This document shows, piece after piece, positions 46,652-59,337 of a stretch of 64,000 bases of DNA (position 1 is the first letter of the stretch; each line of letters opens with the position of its first letter). Location of the stretch: assembly GCA_043228905.1 (NCBI GenBank), contig JBHGNT010000006.1:12896001-12960000 (forward strand). Direction: 5' to 3'. Source of the DNA: Azolla caroliniana. Its lineage: Eukaryota > Plantae > Polypodiophyta. The translations under genes were made by a program, and so were the position numbers. The notes beneath the pieces are model-generated. The model made no database searches. It was given only the letters and a program-made list of their open reading frames with translations, and was not told the DNA's origin.

Positions 46652-49600
46652 GCGTCCCAGTGCTCGTTGCCAAGATTGCTCATAAACCGGCTCACCACTC
46701 CGACTCTGTATCCTATATCCGGTCGGGTACACACCATTGCGTACATTAAGCTCCCGACGGCAGAGGTATATGGAACCTTCATCATATCCGCCTTCTCTGC
46801 TTTCGTCTTCGGGCTTTGCTTACCAGATAACCTGCAGTTTGCCAGAAGTGCCGATCCGACCGGTTTCGCACCTGACATGTTGAACCGCTGAAGCACCTTT
46901 GTCACGTATTTCTCCTGTGACAGCCACAATTGCTTCGTTGGTCGGTTCCGGATGATATGCATCCCCAACATCTGTCTTGCTGAACCCAAGTCTTTCATTG
47001 AGAAGGTCCGGTTGAGAGCCTTCTTCAGCATCCGTATTAGGAAGTAGCCTCCTTCGAACTTCTTCACAAACACGCAGTGATCGGCCTGCATCTTGTGGTA
47101 CCCTTGATCGGTCATGAAGGACTCGAACTTCTAGTACCATTGTCGGGGGGCCTGCTTCAACCCGTAGAGACTCTTCTTCAACCGGCAAACCAAGTGCTTC
47201 TTCCCTTTCTCCACGAATCCTTCCGGTTGCTGCATGTAGATCTCCTCTTCGAGGTCACCGTGAAGGAATGTCGTCTTCACATCCAGCTGCTCTACCTCGA
47301 GGTCCATGCTTGCCGCAATACTCAGCACCGTCCGGATGGAGGTCATCTTTACTACCGGGGCAAATATCTCGTCGAAGTCCACGCCCTTCTTCTGCTGGAA
47401 CCCCTTCACCATGATCCTGGCTTTGTATCTCGGGGGGTTGCCGACATCTCCCGGTTTCAACTTGTACACCCACTTATTTTGGAGTGCCCGCTTTCCTTTC
47501 GGCAACTCCACCAATTCGTATGTATGGTTCTCATGCAGGGAATCCATCTCATCCTGCATGGCACTTAACCATTTGCAGTTATGGGCGTCACTTTTTGCTT
47601 CCTCGAAGCTTTCTGGCTCCCCCTCATTGGTCAGCAGCACATGCTCTGAATCTGGAAATCTCCGGGGGGGCCTTCTCTCTCTGAGAGGATATCTCCGTCT
47701 CTGGGCTTCGGTAACCGGCTCCTCCATTTTCTCTTCATCCGAATCCGATTCAGGGTCTTGGCTGGTTCCAATTTCAGCTTCCTGTACTTCTTCTTCAGCC
47801 TGTTCGGTATCCTCACCGTAACCGGCTGGTTCCTCGAGTGCTAACCGGTCTCTTGCCGGTTGGGTCTACGCATTGTAGAAACAATCCTTACCAGTCGACT
47901 CAGAGTTCATTATCTTCTTCTCCGACTCCCAGTCGGCGAGCGTCTTGTCCTCCATGAAGATAATATCTCGACTTCGGAATACCTTCTTGTCGACCGGGTC
48001 CCACACTCGGTAGCCGAACTCATCGTCGCCGTAACCGAGGAATATGCATGGCCGGGTCTTTGGATCTAACTTTCCTCTCCGGTCCTTAGCAACATGCACG
48101 TACACGAGACACCCGAACACCTTCAGATGCCGGTAGGACACTTCCTTACCGGTCCAGAATCTTTGTGGCGTGTCTTCGTCCAAGGGTACTAAGGGTGATC
48201 TGTTTATCACAGATATCACCGTTGACAGTGCCTCAGCCCAAAACTTCTTCGGTAGTTTTGCATGTGCCAGCATACTTTGGACCCTCTCCATTATGGTCCG
48301 GTTCATCCTCTCGGCTAGCCCGTTTAGTTTCGGCATCTTCAGCACGGTAAATTCGAGCCGGATTCCCTTCGAGCGACAGTACTCCTCGAACTACCCCCGG
48401 TATTCACCTCCGTTATCTGCTCGAACCGCCTTCAGCTTCTGGCCGGTTTCACATTCCACTCTCACGTGGAGCTCTTTGAAGATGGATAACACCTGATCCT
48501 TCGTCTTCAACGGTGTGGCCCATAGCTTCCGGCTGTGGTCATCTATGAACGTCACGAAGTACTGTGATTCGGCATGTGACTTCGTGTCCACTTGACATAC
48601 ATCAGTATGCACCAACTCCAGTGGTGCATTACGTCTCATCAGTGGCCTCGATCGGAAGGAGGTCCGGTTTAGCTTACCGGGCAGAAAATCAACGCACGTC
48701 TCCAAGTGCACGTTCTTCACTGGAATGAGGTTGTCATCTGCAAGCCTCTTCATCCCCTTCTCGCTCATGTGACACAGCCTTTTGGGCCACAGCTCACCGG
48801 TGGTGTCGGATGCCACGTTCACTTCCTCCGAACAAAACCGGGCATTAATCAGGTACAGCGTGTTTACCTTCCGGGCCCGAGCCACAATCAGGCTCCCTTT
48901 GCTGAACTTCATAACACCGTTCTGGATGCTACCCGTGTAGCCTTCATCATCTAGCTGACCGGCTGATATCACGTTCAGACGAACCTCCGGAACGTGTCGG
49001 ACATCCTTCAGCAGCAGCTTGCATCCGGTTGGTGTTGTCAACCACATGTCTCTTATGCTGACAATTCGGCATGTACCTTCATTCCCCATCCGGACACAGC
49101 CGTGATCACCGGCTGAGTAGGATGAGAAGCATTTCCGGTCTGAGGTAAGGTGGAATGACGCTCCGGAGTCGACCACCCAGGTCATCTCGTCGCCGGCAAG
49201 GTTTAGCTCACTCTCCTCGGTGATGAGCATCAACTCTTCTTCACTTGCCGCGATTGCCGTCGTTCCCTTCCGGTCTGGCCCCCTCCGGTCTTTACCGTTC
49301 CGGTCCGGTGTCCACTTCGAATCGGTACCATCGGTTTCCTTGTCTTTTCGGAAGTGCCGACAGTTCTTCTGGAAGTGTCCCAGCTTGCCGCAATAGAAGC
49401 AAGTAGGCCTCCCCCTTGACTTTGACCGTGTCCCCGACTTCTCCCGGTTCTGGGGACTACGGTTCCTTTGTCTTCCGCGTTCCGATTCGGTAAGGAGCGC
49501 TTTGGAGTCGGAGCTCGTATCCTTATCTTTCCGACGCGCCTCCTCATCTAGCAAGCTCGACTTCACTATTGCTAGGGATAACCGTTTCCCTTCCGGCCCG

Positions 49601-50794
49601 GCGTTGCCCAAAGTGACAACCAACGTCTCCCAGCTATCCGGGAGGGAACCGAGCAGGAGTAGCGCTAGTACCTCATCGGCGAGAGGTACTTCCAATGATG
49701 TTGCCTGGTGTATCAGCCCCTGGAAGGCATTCATGTGCTCCGCCATGCTAGAGCCATCTTGGTACCGGAGTCTTACTAGCTTCCGGAATACCGAAACCTG
49801 ATTAACAGCATTTTTGTTCTGAAACATAATGTCGATCTTCTACCAAAGCTCATGAGCCTTGCTCTCTTCATTGAAGTTGTTGTATAGGCTCATGTTGATG
49901 AAGCACCGTATATACGTTGTTGTCTTCATGTGCATCACCTCCCATATCATGGCGTCGATTTTGTCCAGTCTCTTGTCCCCGAACTGAACCGGCAACCAAA
50001 GATCTTTAACCACGAGCATGTCCCTCATCTTCGACTTCCACACGAAATAGTTGGAGCCGGTAAGCTTGAACATGCCTCCCAACGAATCATCCATTTTTCT
50101 GTGTCGTTTCACTCTGATACCACTTTGACAGGAACACACGCTCCCTAAGCACAACGCTCGGCCACAACCGAGGCTAGGATCAAACACAGAAAATGGATAA
50201 TGAATGCACGACACAGTGAAGAGAAGAGTACACAGGATGTTTACGTGGAAAACCCAAGCAAGGGAAAAACCACGGCAACCCATGGGCTGCAAACTATCAC
50301 TATGTTACAATGTACAACAGTAAAGCACCGAGGCAACAACCTCGAGCTTTCTATCTTCGCCACAGGCGGTGTTTACAACAGAGACAACGACCTCTTCCTC
50401 TCTCTCTCTCTCTCTCTCTCTGTGCACAGTTATGCACTCAAATCTTGCATCAACAAGAAATGACAACTATAGATAAGGTTTGCCCTAAGTCATATTTATA
50501 CTAATATGACTTTTCGGCTATTTACAAATATAACCCCGATGGACTCTCAGAAACATATTTACGAATATGTCCCTCCCTCCGGTGAACACTCCTCATCGGG
50601 CCTGCATCATCCGACGCTTGCCGGGCACTCATCATCCGGTTCTCACCGGGTCTTCACCATCCGCCTCTTGCCGGGTACTTGTCATCCGGCGTTTGCCGGG
50701 TACACCATATCCGGTTCTCACCGGGTCCTTCGTTTCTGGGTACTCCACATCCGGTTCTTTTCACTTCCCATCCGGAGGGACCTGTTTCCTAACA
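46652..50794 (-). mobile_element. Ty1/copia family C1 copy b (5' LTR to RT), defective
   Basis: 5' LTR 50126-50794; PBS-Met at 50111-50122; ORFs 48391..49827, 47866..48345 and 47131..47727 closely match C1a. Confidence 0.93.
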
Positions 50795-51130
50795 GAACCG
50801 ACATATGTTGACACAAGGAAGCGACATCAAGTTAAGCTTGAGTGGGAGTGTTGAGCGAGCAAGCTCAACTTGGGCCGGATCGACTGAAGAAGTCGAGAAC
50901 CAGATTAGATGGACACCGATCGGTTAGGCCCGGATCGGCTGAAACAACCAACACCTAGATTGGACAAAGACCGATCAGCTAGGCTAGATCGATGGGAAGT
51001 CGGTAGGCCGTTTGGACCGATATTCCTGGTAGGAATAATTTTGGGAGTTAGTGCCAAATGCTCATTTAATGAGCACTCAAGTACTCGTCAGTACTTGTCA
51101 ACCCAGGACAATCCGCCTCGACACTTTGGG
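50795..51130 (+). mobile_element. C2-family 3' end: PPT and LTR fragment
   Basis: AAGCTTGAGTGGGAG, then TGTTGAGCGAGCAAGCTCAAC at 50849, homologous to the LTRs at 17210, 23965 and 45093. Right boundary is approximate. Confidence 0.7.
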
Positions 51131-52370
51131 ATTTAGCTTTTGGCAATCGGCATAGTCAATCCGGCTTCTACTCTCGGACCTACCAATTCGGACTCTGTTC
51201 TTTTGGCCATTGTTGATTCAACTATAGGCCGATCTGTCCTAATGTCTCTTTGTAGAATCTATATTGTTTTGTTTTATATTATAGATTCTTTTGTTGTATA
51301 CGCCCATTATAGGGGTGTGTCGAATATTGGTGTACAATGGTCGTATTCATATTGTCCTATTTGGATAAACTAGACTAGGACATATTTGTAATATTATCAA
51401 AGGGCAATTGCCCTAACTCAGTGTTGAGAATCGATTCATAAAACCACAAGATCAAACGATACTGAAAATATACAACACATCCACACAACGACACAGTACA
51501 CATAGATTCACGTGGAAACCCTAAAACGGGAGAAAACCATGAGAGAGGAAAAACTTCACTATACAGTAGATGTCTAGGATAGAGATTACAGCACTCTGAT
51601 TATGAGTGTATCAACCACACAAGGTTCTTGGCGTCTGCTAGTATGCACACAGCTATGGCACCACTCTCTCTCCCATTGAACAATCGACTCTTTGTTGTCG
51701 ACTCTTCGACTGTCGACTATTTCCGAACAGTCGGTTCCTTCGACTCTTCAAATGTCAGCTACTTCCGAACAGTCGGTTCCTCCCACTGGAGGGACATATC
51801 CCCAACAAACTCCCCCTTCACTCCTGTGGGAGGAAATCAGTCAATCCTGTCTTCTGTCGACAGACTCTAAGTCTATCCATAGGTAGGTTATTTGTGAGCA
51901 TGTCAGATCCATTGTTATCCATGTGGATATTCACAAGTGTAAACTCTCCTTCTTCGACTTTCTCCCACAACCAATGATACCTTCTCTGTATGTGCTTGGT
52001 CCGGGAGTGATATGTAGCATTCTTAGTAAGATGTATGGCACTCTGGCTGTCACAGTGAAGCGAGAACTCCCTCTGCTTCATCCCTAGCTCATTGAGAAAA
52101 TTTCTCATCCAGATCAGCTCTTTGTCGGCCTCTGTCCCTGCCATATACTCTACCTCTGTAGTCGACAAGGCTACAAAACTTCTATAGTCGTGATTGCCAC
52201 GACACTACTCCCCCTCCATAGGTCATCACGTACCCCGACGTGGATCGGATTGAGTCTACATCTCCCGACATGTCCGAGCCAGTAAAACCTTCCAACACAG
52301 GTTTTCCGACACCATACCCTAGGTACACCCCTGAGGTGCCTTTTAAGTACCTGAGTATCCACTTCACCGT

Positions 52371-53154
52371 TGTCGTAGTGTAATTCGCACACTACGTGAA
52401 AATTGCATTTTTGTCCCTCTGGATGGAACCGGTAAGGAGGAACCGGTGAGAACCGGATGAAGGATGGAATCGGCAAGGAGGAACCGGTAAGGAGACCCGA
52501 TAAGAACCGGATCAAGCAGAACCAGCAAGAGTCGGATAAAGAAGGCCGGGGAGAGTCTCTCACTGGATGAAGAGACAAATTTGTAAATAGAAGAAAATAT
52601 TGTTACATGCATAGGGTAAGATTCAAACCCTGTACCTCCATGTTAACAATTTTTAAGCCTTACCACTATACTAGCATATTATGAATTTTAAAGTTATACT
52701 AAATTTTATCCCATGTAAATATTCTAGATATGCATGGTACAAAAAGTTATTCATGCATACACACTCGAGTTAAAAGAAAAGATGGGATAGAAAGCTAATC
52801 ATGCACATGCAGTGTGCATGAAAACTAAAGTTAGGAAAAGCATGATGCTTGCATGTGATAAACTTAGACTCTTCCAACACTATATAAGGAAGAGAGAAAG
52901 ATGTATAGGTTGTTGATTTTTATAAGGTTTGAATAATATAAAACAATCGTGGGATTCACGATTTTTCCATCTATTTCTCTCTTACAATCCAAGTATCAAT
53001 TAATGCACTATACTCGTGGGATTCACGAGTTTCATGTCTTCTTCTTGCAATTTCTTCCTAACTAACATTATCTCATATTCTTCTTTCTCCTAGTCCAAAA
53101 CCCAGCGGTTCTCACCTAACTCACGCAAACGATCCGGCGCCGAAAGGCACGACA
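52371..53154 (+). repeat. Solo LTR of the element B lineage
   Basis: TGTCGTAGTG...GGCACGACA; 4-bp TSD CCGT at 52367-52370 and 53155-53158; no PBS or PPT. Confidence 0.93.
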
Positions 53155-53460
53155 CCGTTGCCCAGTGTTCCCTTCCTGGATTACTCGTATATCGGCTTAC
53201 AGCTCCCACAGCAAATGTTATGTCTGGTCTCATACAGACCATAGCATACATTAGACTGCCGATAGCCAAGGCATATGGTACCTTCCTCATCTCGGCCTTC
53301 TCCTTCTCCCCTTTCGGGCACTGCTTCGCATTCAACCTGCAATTTGTCGGCAACACCGAGCTGACCGGCTTTGCGTTCGACATGTTGAACCTTTCTAGGA
53401 TCTTCGTCACATACCTTTGTTGTGACAACCATAGCATCGTTTGAGTTCTGTCTCGAACTA

Positions 53461-53737
53461 GGGTTTTCCTTACGGCTTTGCAAGGAGTGCGGGTCGGTAT
53501 ACCGCTCGAATATGGAGCATGTCCACTCTTGATAGCAATGGGCCCCCCCGAACCCATTACTATCGTAGATGTAACCAGGACTTGCTTGACCTCCGGGGAA
53601 GTCTTGGTTACATCTACTCTTGGTTACATCTACGATAGTAATGGGTTCGGGGGGGCCCATTGCTATCAAGAGTGGACACGCTCTGTATTCGAGTGGTATA
53701 CCGACCCGCACTCCTTGCAAAGCCGTAAGGCAAACCC
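53461..53737. mobile_element. Foldback MITE (277 bp)
   Basis: Near-perfect inverted arms of about 120 bp (GGGTTTTCCTTACGGC.../...GCCGTAAGGCAAACCC), TA on both flanks, inside copia RT. Confidence 0.85.
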
Positions 53738-56730
53738 TAAAATCTGTTTAGCCGGTCCAAGGTCTTTCATGGCAAACGACCTGCCTAGAGCTTTCTTCGA
53801 GCTTCCAATCTTCCTTGTATCTTGACTGACTATCAACATGTCATCAACATATAATAAGAGAATCAAGAAGTCTCCTTCTACGTGCCTTTTGACGAACACA
53901 CAATGATTGGCCTGTGTTTTCTGGAACCGTTGTTCCATCATGAAGGACTCGAACTTCTTGTACCATTGGCGTGGAGCTTGTTTCAGATCGTACAAGCTTT
54001 TCTCCAGTAGACACACTAGGTTCTCTTTCCTTTTCTCTTCAAAGCCTTTGGGTTGCTGCATGTAGATTTCTTCTTCTAGGTCCTCGTGTAAGAGTGCGGT
54101 TTTGACATCCAACTGTTCGATCTCCAGGTCCATATTGGCCACTATGCTCAAAACAGTTCGAATGGATGTCATCTTTACAACTACTGCATTTCGTCAAAGT
54201 CGACGCCCTTTTTTTGTTGAAAACCCTTCACCACTAAGCGGGCTTTATACCTGGGCTCACTGTCAGCTTCTCCAGTCTTCACCTTGTAGACCCACTTACT
54301 CCTGAGTGCTCTCTTACCTTTCGGCAGCTCTACCAAGTCGTAGGTGTAATTCTCGTGCAAGGATTCCATTTCATCTTGCATCGCACTCAGCCATATTTCT
54401 CTGTGCTCGTCGACAATGGCTTCTTCACAGCACTCTAGTTCACCTTCATCAGTCAAGAGGATGTATTGATTGGCATATGTTTTCAGTGCTTTCCTATCTC
54501 TGAGTGGGTATCTCCTTCCACTCGTTGTTGGTTGTCTTTCGGATGTCTCTGCCAACTCTTCTCTTCGCTTGGATTCTTGCACGTCAATCGACATCTCCAG
54601 GTTGGACGATTACAACTCATACTCTTCAATTGACCTTAGCAGCTCTGCTGACTCTGACTCATAGTCAGTCGGTCTCTCCAAGTCGAACGACTCGGATTCA
54701 GCTGTGCCGACGTTGTCAGCTCACTTGACCTTAGATCGCCGCTAATCGAGGTTGACTAGGGAGTCGCATCTGACTTCTGTTGCTTCCAGTCTTCAATCGT
54801 CTTATCTTCAAGAAAGACTACATCCCAACTTCTCACTACCTTCTTGTTGACTAGGTTCCATAGCCTATAGCCGAACTCATCTTCCAAGTATCCCATGAAT
54901 ATGCATGCTTTTGACTTACTGTCGAGCTTTGACCTCTGATCCTTCGGTACATGCATATACCCCAAACATCTGAACACCCTCAGGTGTTGGTAGGAGACAT
55001 CCTTCCCTATGCACACTCTCTGTGCAACATCACCCTTTAATGGTACTGAGGGAGACCTATTGATCAGATAAACAACCGTGTACATCGCCTCCGCCCAATA
55101 GGATTTCGGCAATTTCGCATGAGAGAGCATGCTCCTTACCCTCTCCATGATTGTTCGATTCATCCTCTCTACAAGCCCATTCAACTCTGGGGACTTTGGC
55201 ACTGTGTATTCGATCTGAATACCTTGGCACTTGTAGTATTCCTCAAATTGCCCTCTATACTCGCCACCATTGTCCATTCGAACAGTCTTCAGGTTCCAAC
55301 CCGACTCTCGTTCAGCTCTAGCCTGAAACTCCTTGAAAACCGATAGCACTTGATCCTTCGACTTCAGTTCTGACTATAGTCGTCGATGAACGTCACAAAG
55401 TATTGTCCACCTCGATGCGATGGAGCATCTACACAACACACATCTGTGTGTGCCAGTTCCAGTGCAACTTCTCTTCTTCTTGGTGGTGTTGTGTGGAATG
55501 TTGATCGGTTCTACTTTCTGACTAAGCAGTCGACACACTTCTCTAGGTGCACTCCCTTTACTTCTGGTAGAAGCTTTTGGTGCATTCCTTTCTCACTCAT
55601 GTGGCCTAGCCTCTTATGCGATATCTCTCTTGTCATGTCGACTGCCACATTTACTTCCGATTTGCACAGTTGAGCATGCATCATATATAATGTGCCTTCT
55701 TTCTGTGGTCGGACCACTATAAAATTTCCTCGGCAGAACTTCCACTTGCCATTCCGAAAGCTACCACTATAGCCTTCATCATCTAACCTTCCAGCCGATA
55801 TCAGATTCAATCTGATATCGGGGACGGGTCAAACATCCTTTAGAGTCAATCGACACCCTGTCGACGTTGTCAAGCAGACACTTCCGATTCCGGCTATCTT
55901 ACACTCTCCACTATCACCCATTTTGACATAATCGTGATCTCCGACTATGTAAGTCGAGAAATAGTCTCTCGACGGAGTTATGTGGAACGATGCCCTGGAA
56001 TCGATCACCCAAGTGCATTCTTCACTTGCAAGATTTGCACTTGTCTCTTCACAGATGAACAACAGTTCTTCATTGCTCGTAGCAGTAGCAGAAGTGTTCT
56101 TCTCATCAGGAGTATTCCTAGGTTCGACATTGTTTCCGACACCCTTGTCTTTGGTAGTCCTTTTGGAAGTGTCTAGGTTTACCTCAGTAAAAGCACACTA
56201 GCTTACCTCTAGACTTCGATCTGGCTTGGGATTTTTCTCTCCTTGGTGGACTTCTGTTGTCCACCAGAATCATAACCGACGGACAGAAATGCAGAAATAT
56301 TATAATATAGTAAAGCGTTAAGAAAAGAATGTAACGGTTCACGCGGGAAGCGTGAACGGCTAAAGGCCCTATGTATATAAAGGGCAGAAATCCTCTGTAA
56401 GAGGTAGCGTGTAATTTTGAGTGTAGGACGTTTTTCTAATAGAATCCTATCTTCTTTGATCTTTGTGGATATCTGTGTCTATCTGTGTGACAGTTCATTG
56501 TTACTCTATTGCGTACCGTTTAAATCGTAAGTGTGTGTAAGCGTAAGTGCGTATACTAGTGCACTTCATAAGGAGTTCGGTTGTAGCCATCTCCCTTATA
56601 CACTACCAGGATACGAGGTGGTATCCCATCACTCTTTATGCAAAAACGGTTCCATTCCTTGTAACACGGTCACCTTGAGGTCTACCTCGAAGGACTGAGC
56701 GTAGACAATGTTCCTAATCGGTAACACTTT

Positions 56731-56786
56731 TGGCACGCCTGGTGGGACCCGAACCCACAATCCCTTGATTAGAAGTCAAGTGCCTT
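56731..56786 (-). pseudogene. Partial retro-copy of mature tRNA-Arg(UCU), nt 21-76 including CCA, forming an extended PBS
   Basis: Reverse complement reads AAGGCA CTTGA CTTCTAA TCAAG GGATT GTGGG TTCGGGT CCCAC CAGGCGT G CCA, with perfect anticodon and T stems. Confidence 0.9.
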
Positions 56787-58134
56787 TTGGCACGCTTGGT
56801 GATCTGCGATTTCTCACAGACGAACAGCAACGGATGGATGTCTAGCCGTAGACAACCCAGAGAACCAACCCGACAAGTCTGACCACTCACGAGGTCCATC
56901 ACACGCCAGACAGAGGAGCGTGCACGGCAAAAACCTCACCTCAGTGATATCTGTCCGGACCACAAAGTCGACTCCATGCTCACCCAGCACCGCAACGTCA
57001 AACAGGAAGTTCTGTCACCACACGAGTACCGTGATCTTTCCTTGCCCACCATAGCATCCGGAATGGCCTTCTTCTACCCATGCTTTAATGGTGAAACAGA
57101 CGTCGCAAGCCACATCCGGCTATTCCTGAACGTTTGGAACACGAATCACATGGCGCAACAATTCCCAGAAGACGAACCGCACCAGTAAAAAATGTCAAAG
57201 TTTGGTTTAACTCTGAATGGTAGAACCGTGTTTTGGCATTCACAAATGCATCTGCCAGCAATCCACACCTTCGACCAGTTGTCGTCAGCATTTCTGCGAT
57301 TTTTTCATTGGAGGGTACCTCAACATGAAATCATCGAGCAGTTCTACACAATCAAGCAACTGCCAACAAAATTGGTCGCAAACATTAGCTTACGCTTCCA
57401 AAATCTACAGCAGAAATTAGAACGGGCCCCAACAGATGGCGAGGCTAGGGAGACGTTTTTGGCAACCCTGCGGCGGCCTATCAGGACGACGCTGAACACA
57501 CATAGTGTGAAAAGGGAAACAACCGACATGGTCATCGAGATAGCATTACAGCTTGAGTTGGACAAAGAGGAGGAAGGATTTTCTTTGTCCTCATTACGAC
57601 AGGTGTTGCCTCAGGACGAGGAACGCCACTTTCATTAAGCTATTCAGTGCACGATTTGCCTCAATTTCGGGCATTCCGTAGTGGAATGCAATATGCGAAT
57701 TCACACACCCAATTTGTCACTCAAAGGCACACACGATCGAGCAGTGTGAGTACAATATGCTGAAGAGACCTACGCCCACAGTACGATGCGTAGAACCACA
57801 AAGACCGCCTCACCGAAATGATCAAAGGCGCCAAGAGGAACGACCTCGATATACGGATCGAAATCCACGCAATGACCGGCACTACCGTAATCACCGGAAT
57901 AACAACGATTGCGACGAAGAGGAGCCGGAGGACGAAGAATATCGGGGCAACCACCGGTATAATAAAGGAGGGCGTCGTTACGACAACCCCCGTTCAACGA
58001 ACAGGCGTTGTGGATTCAATGGGCCTCACTCACGAGGAAAGCATCGACAGTATAGGGACCAACGATGTTACGACGAAAGTTCGGAAGATGACCTGCGCTA
58101 GGAGGCACACAGAGACCAACCGCAAACACCCCGG

Positions 58135-59337
58135 TGTCATGTGAATCTTCACACACTATGTAAAAAAATTATGAAATAATTGTTATAGATTAGATTAGTA
58201 TCTTACTATAGAAAGATGGATATACTCAAGAGCTTCAAAACGTATTTTACTATATACAAAATGGAGAAATACATATCATGTTATGAAAAAATAAAGTTTG
58301 ATTAGGGAAATTAGAACTATCCCACATAGATAGGAAAGTTAAGGCCCTGGCTATATAAACACCTTGAGCTCCCTCATTTTTCATTTGTGCTAAGAGCACT
58401 TTGGCCACTTTGTCTTGATGGATGATGGTGGCCAAATTCCCTAAAACCGGAAACCGGTCGGTAAGCAAATCTGGAAAACGGGTCCGGTAAGAAAATCCAG
58501 AAACCGGCCGGCCGGTAAGCAAAATCGGAACCGGCTGGCAAGCAAGACCGGAAACCGGCCGGTAAGCAAAACCGGAACCGGAACCGGCAAGCAAAACCGG
58601 ACCGGAACCGGCAAGCAAACCGGAACCGGAACCGACCAGCAAGCAAAATGGAACTGGCTAACGGACGAGGTTGGACGCGGACGGACGAAAGATTGGATCA
58701 TGCAACAAACTAAAGTAAAGTGAAGAGAACTAAAGTAAAGGCCATGTGGACGCAATCAACTAAAGAAGGAGTGCATGGAAAAAGTAAAGGTCATGTGGAC
58801 AATCACATGCAACCAAAAGAAAAAGCTAGGCAACTAAAAGTAGAGGCCATGCAACAAAAAGTGGAAAGGCTATGATCAAGGGAGAACTCCATATTTATTC
58901 CATTTTTTTTCCTACACTAGGACTCACTCTCCATATTATCTAAATTTATTTTTTTCTTTTGTTGGGGAGCTCTCTTATCTTATCAAAGCCAATAACCCTA
59001 ATCTTCCCTACGGAAGCTATCTCTCAAGTAAACCATAATTTCCATACAGAAGCATCTCTCAAAATCCAAAATTCCTTGTCAAAGCCATATCACTCAAGAA
59101 TCATAATCTCTTATTTCCTCTTATCTATTATTCTAATCATCTCCATAAGATAAAACTTTTGTAATCCCAATCTTCGGATTGATTGTAATCTTTCTTTCCC
59201 TTTAATTAATGAAATTTGTTAATCTTTCTCATTTCGGTTAATTCTTAGTATATAAATACACGAATTTGATATCCTCTAGACAAAGGCCTTGGGGTCTTGC
59301 CTCAACGTTCACGTATCCTCGTCGTATTTTCGCGACA
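58135..59337 (+). repeat. Solo LTR (1203 bp) related to the A/B lineage
   Basis: TGTCATGTGAAT...ATTTTCGCGACA; 4-bp TSD CCGG at 58131-58134 and 59338-59341; ACCGGA/GCAAGCAAA tandem block at about 58444-58650. Confidence 0.88.

Larger units (their letters stand above)
51400..56254 (-). mobile_element. Ty1/copia element C3 (Tnt1/Tork-like), decayed, with a solo LTR and a MITE inserted
   Basis: PR, IN, RT and RH ORF fragments; PPT at 51810-51819; 3' LTR starts at 51807 (TGTTGGGGAT on the minus strand). Left boundary is approximate. Confidence 0.88.

Noticed and set aside
53090-53825. Mirror-image ORFs on both strands
   Set aside because: Artefact of the palindromic MITE fused to the copia RT frame.
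56258-56707. Alternative LTR boundaries TGTCCAC...GTAGACA
   Set aside because: This would leave a 23-nt gap to the PBS, whereas an end at 56726 gives a 4-nt gap. It cannot be settled without the 3' LTR.
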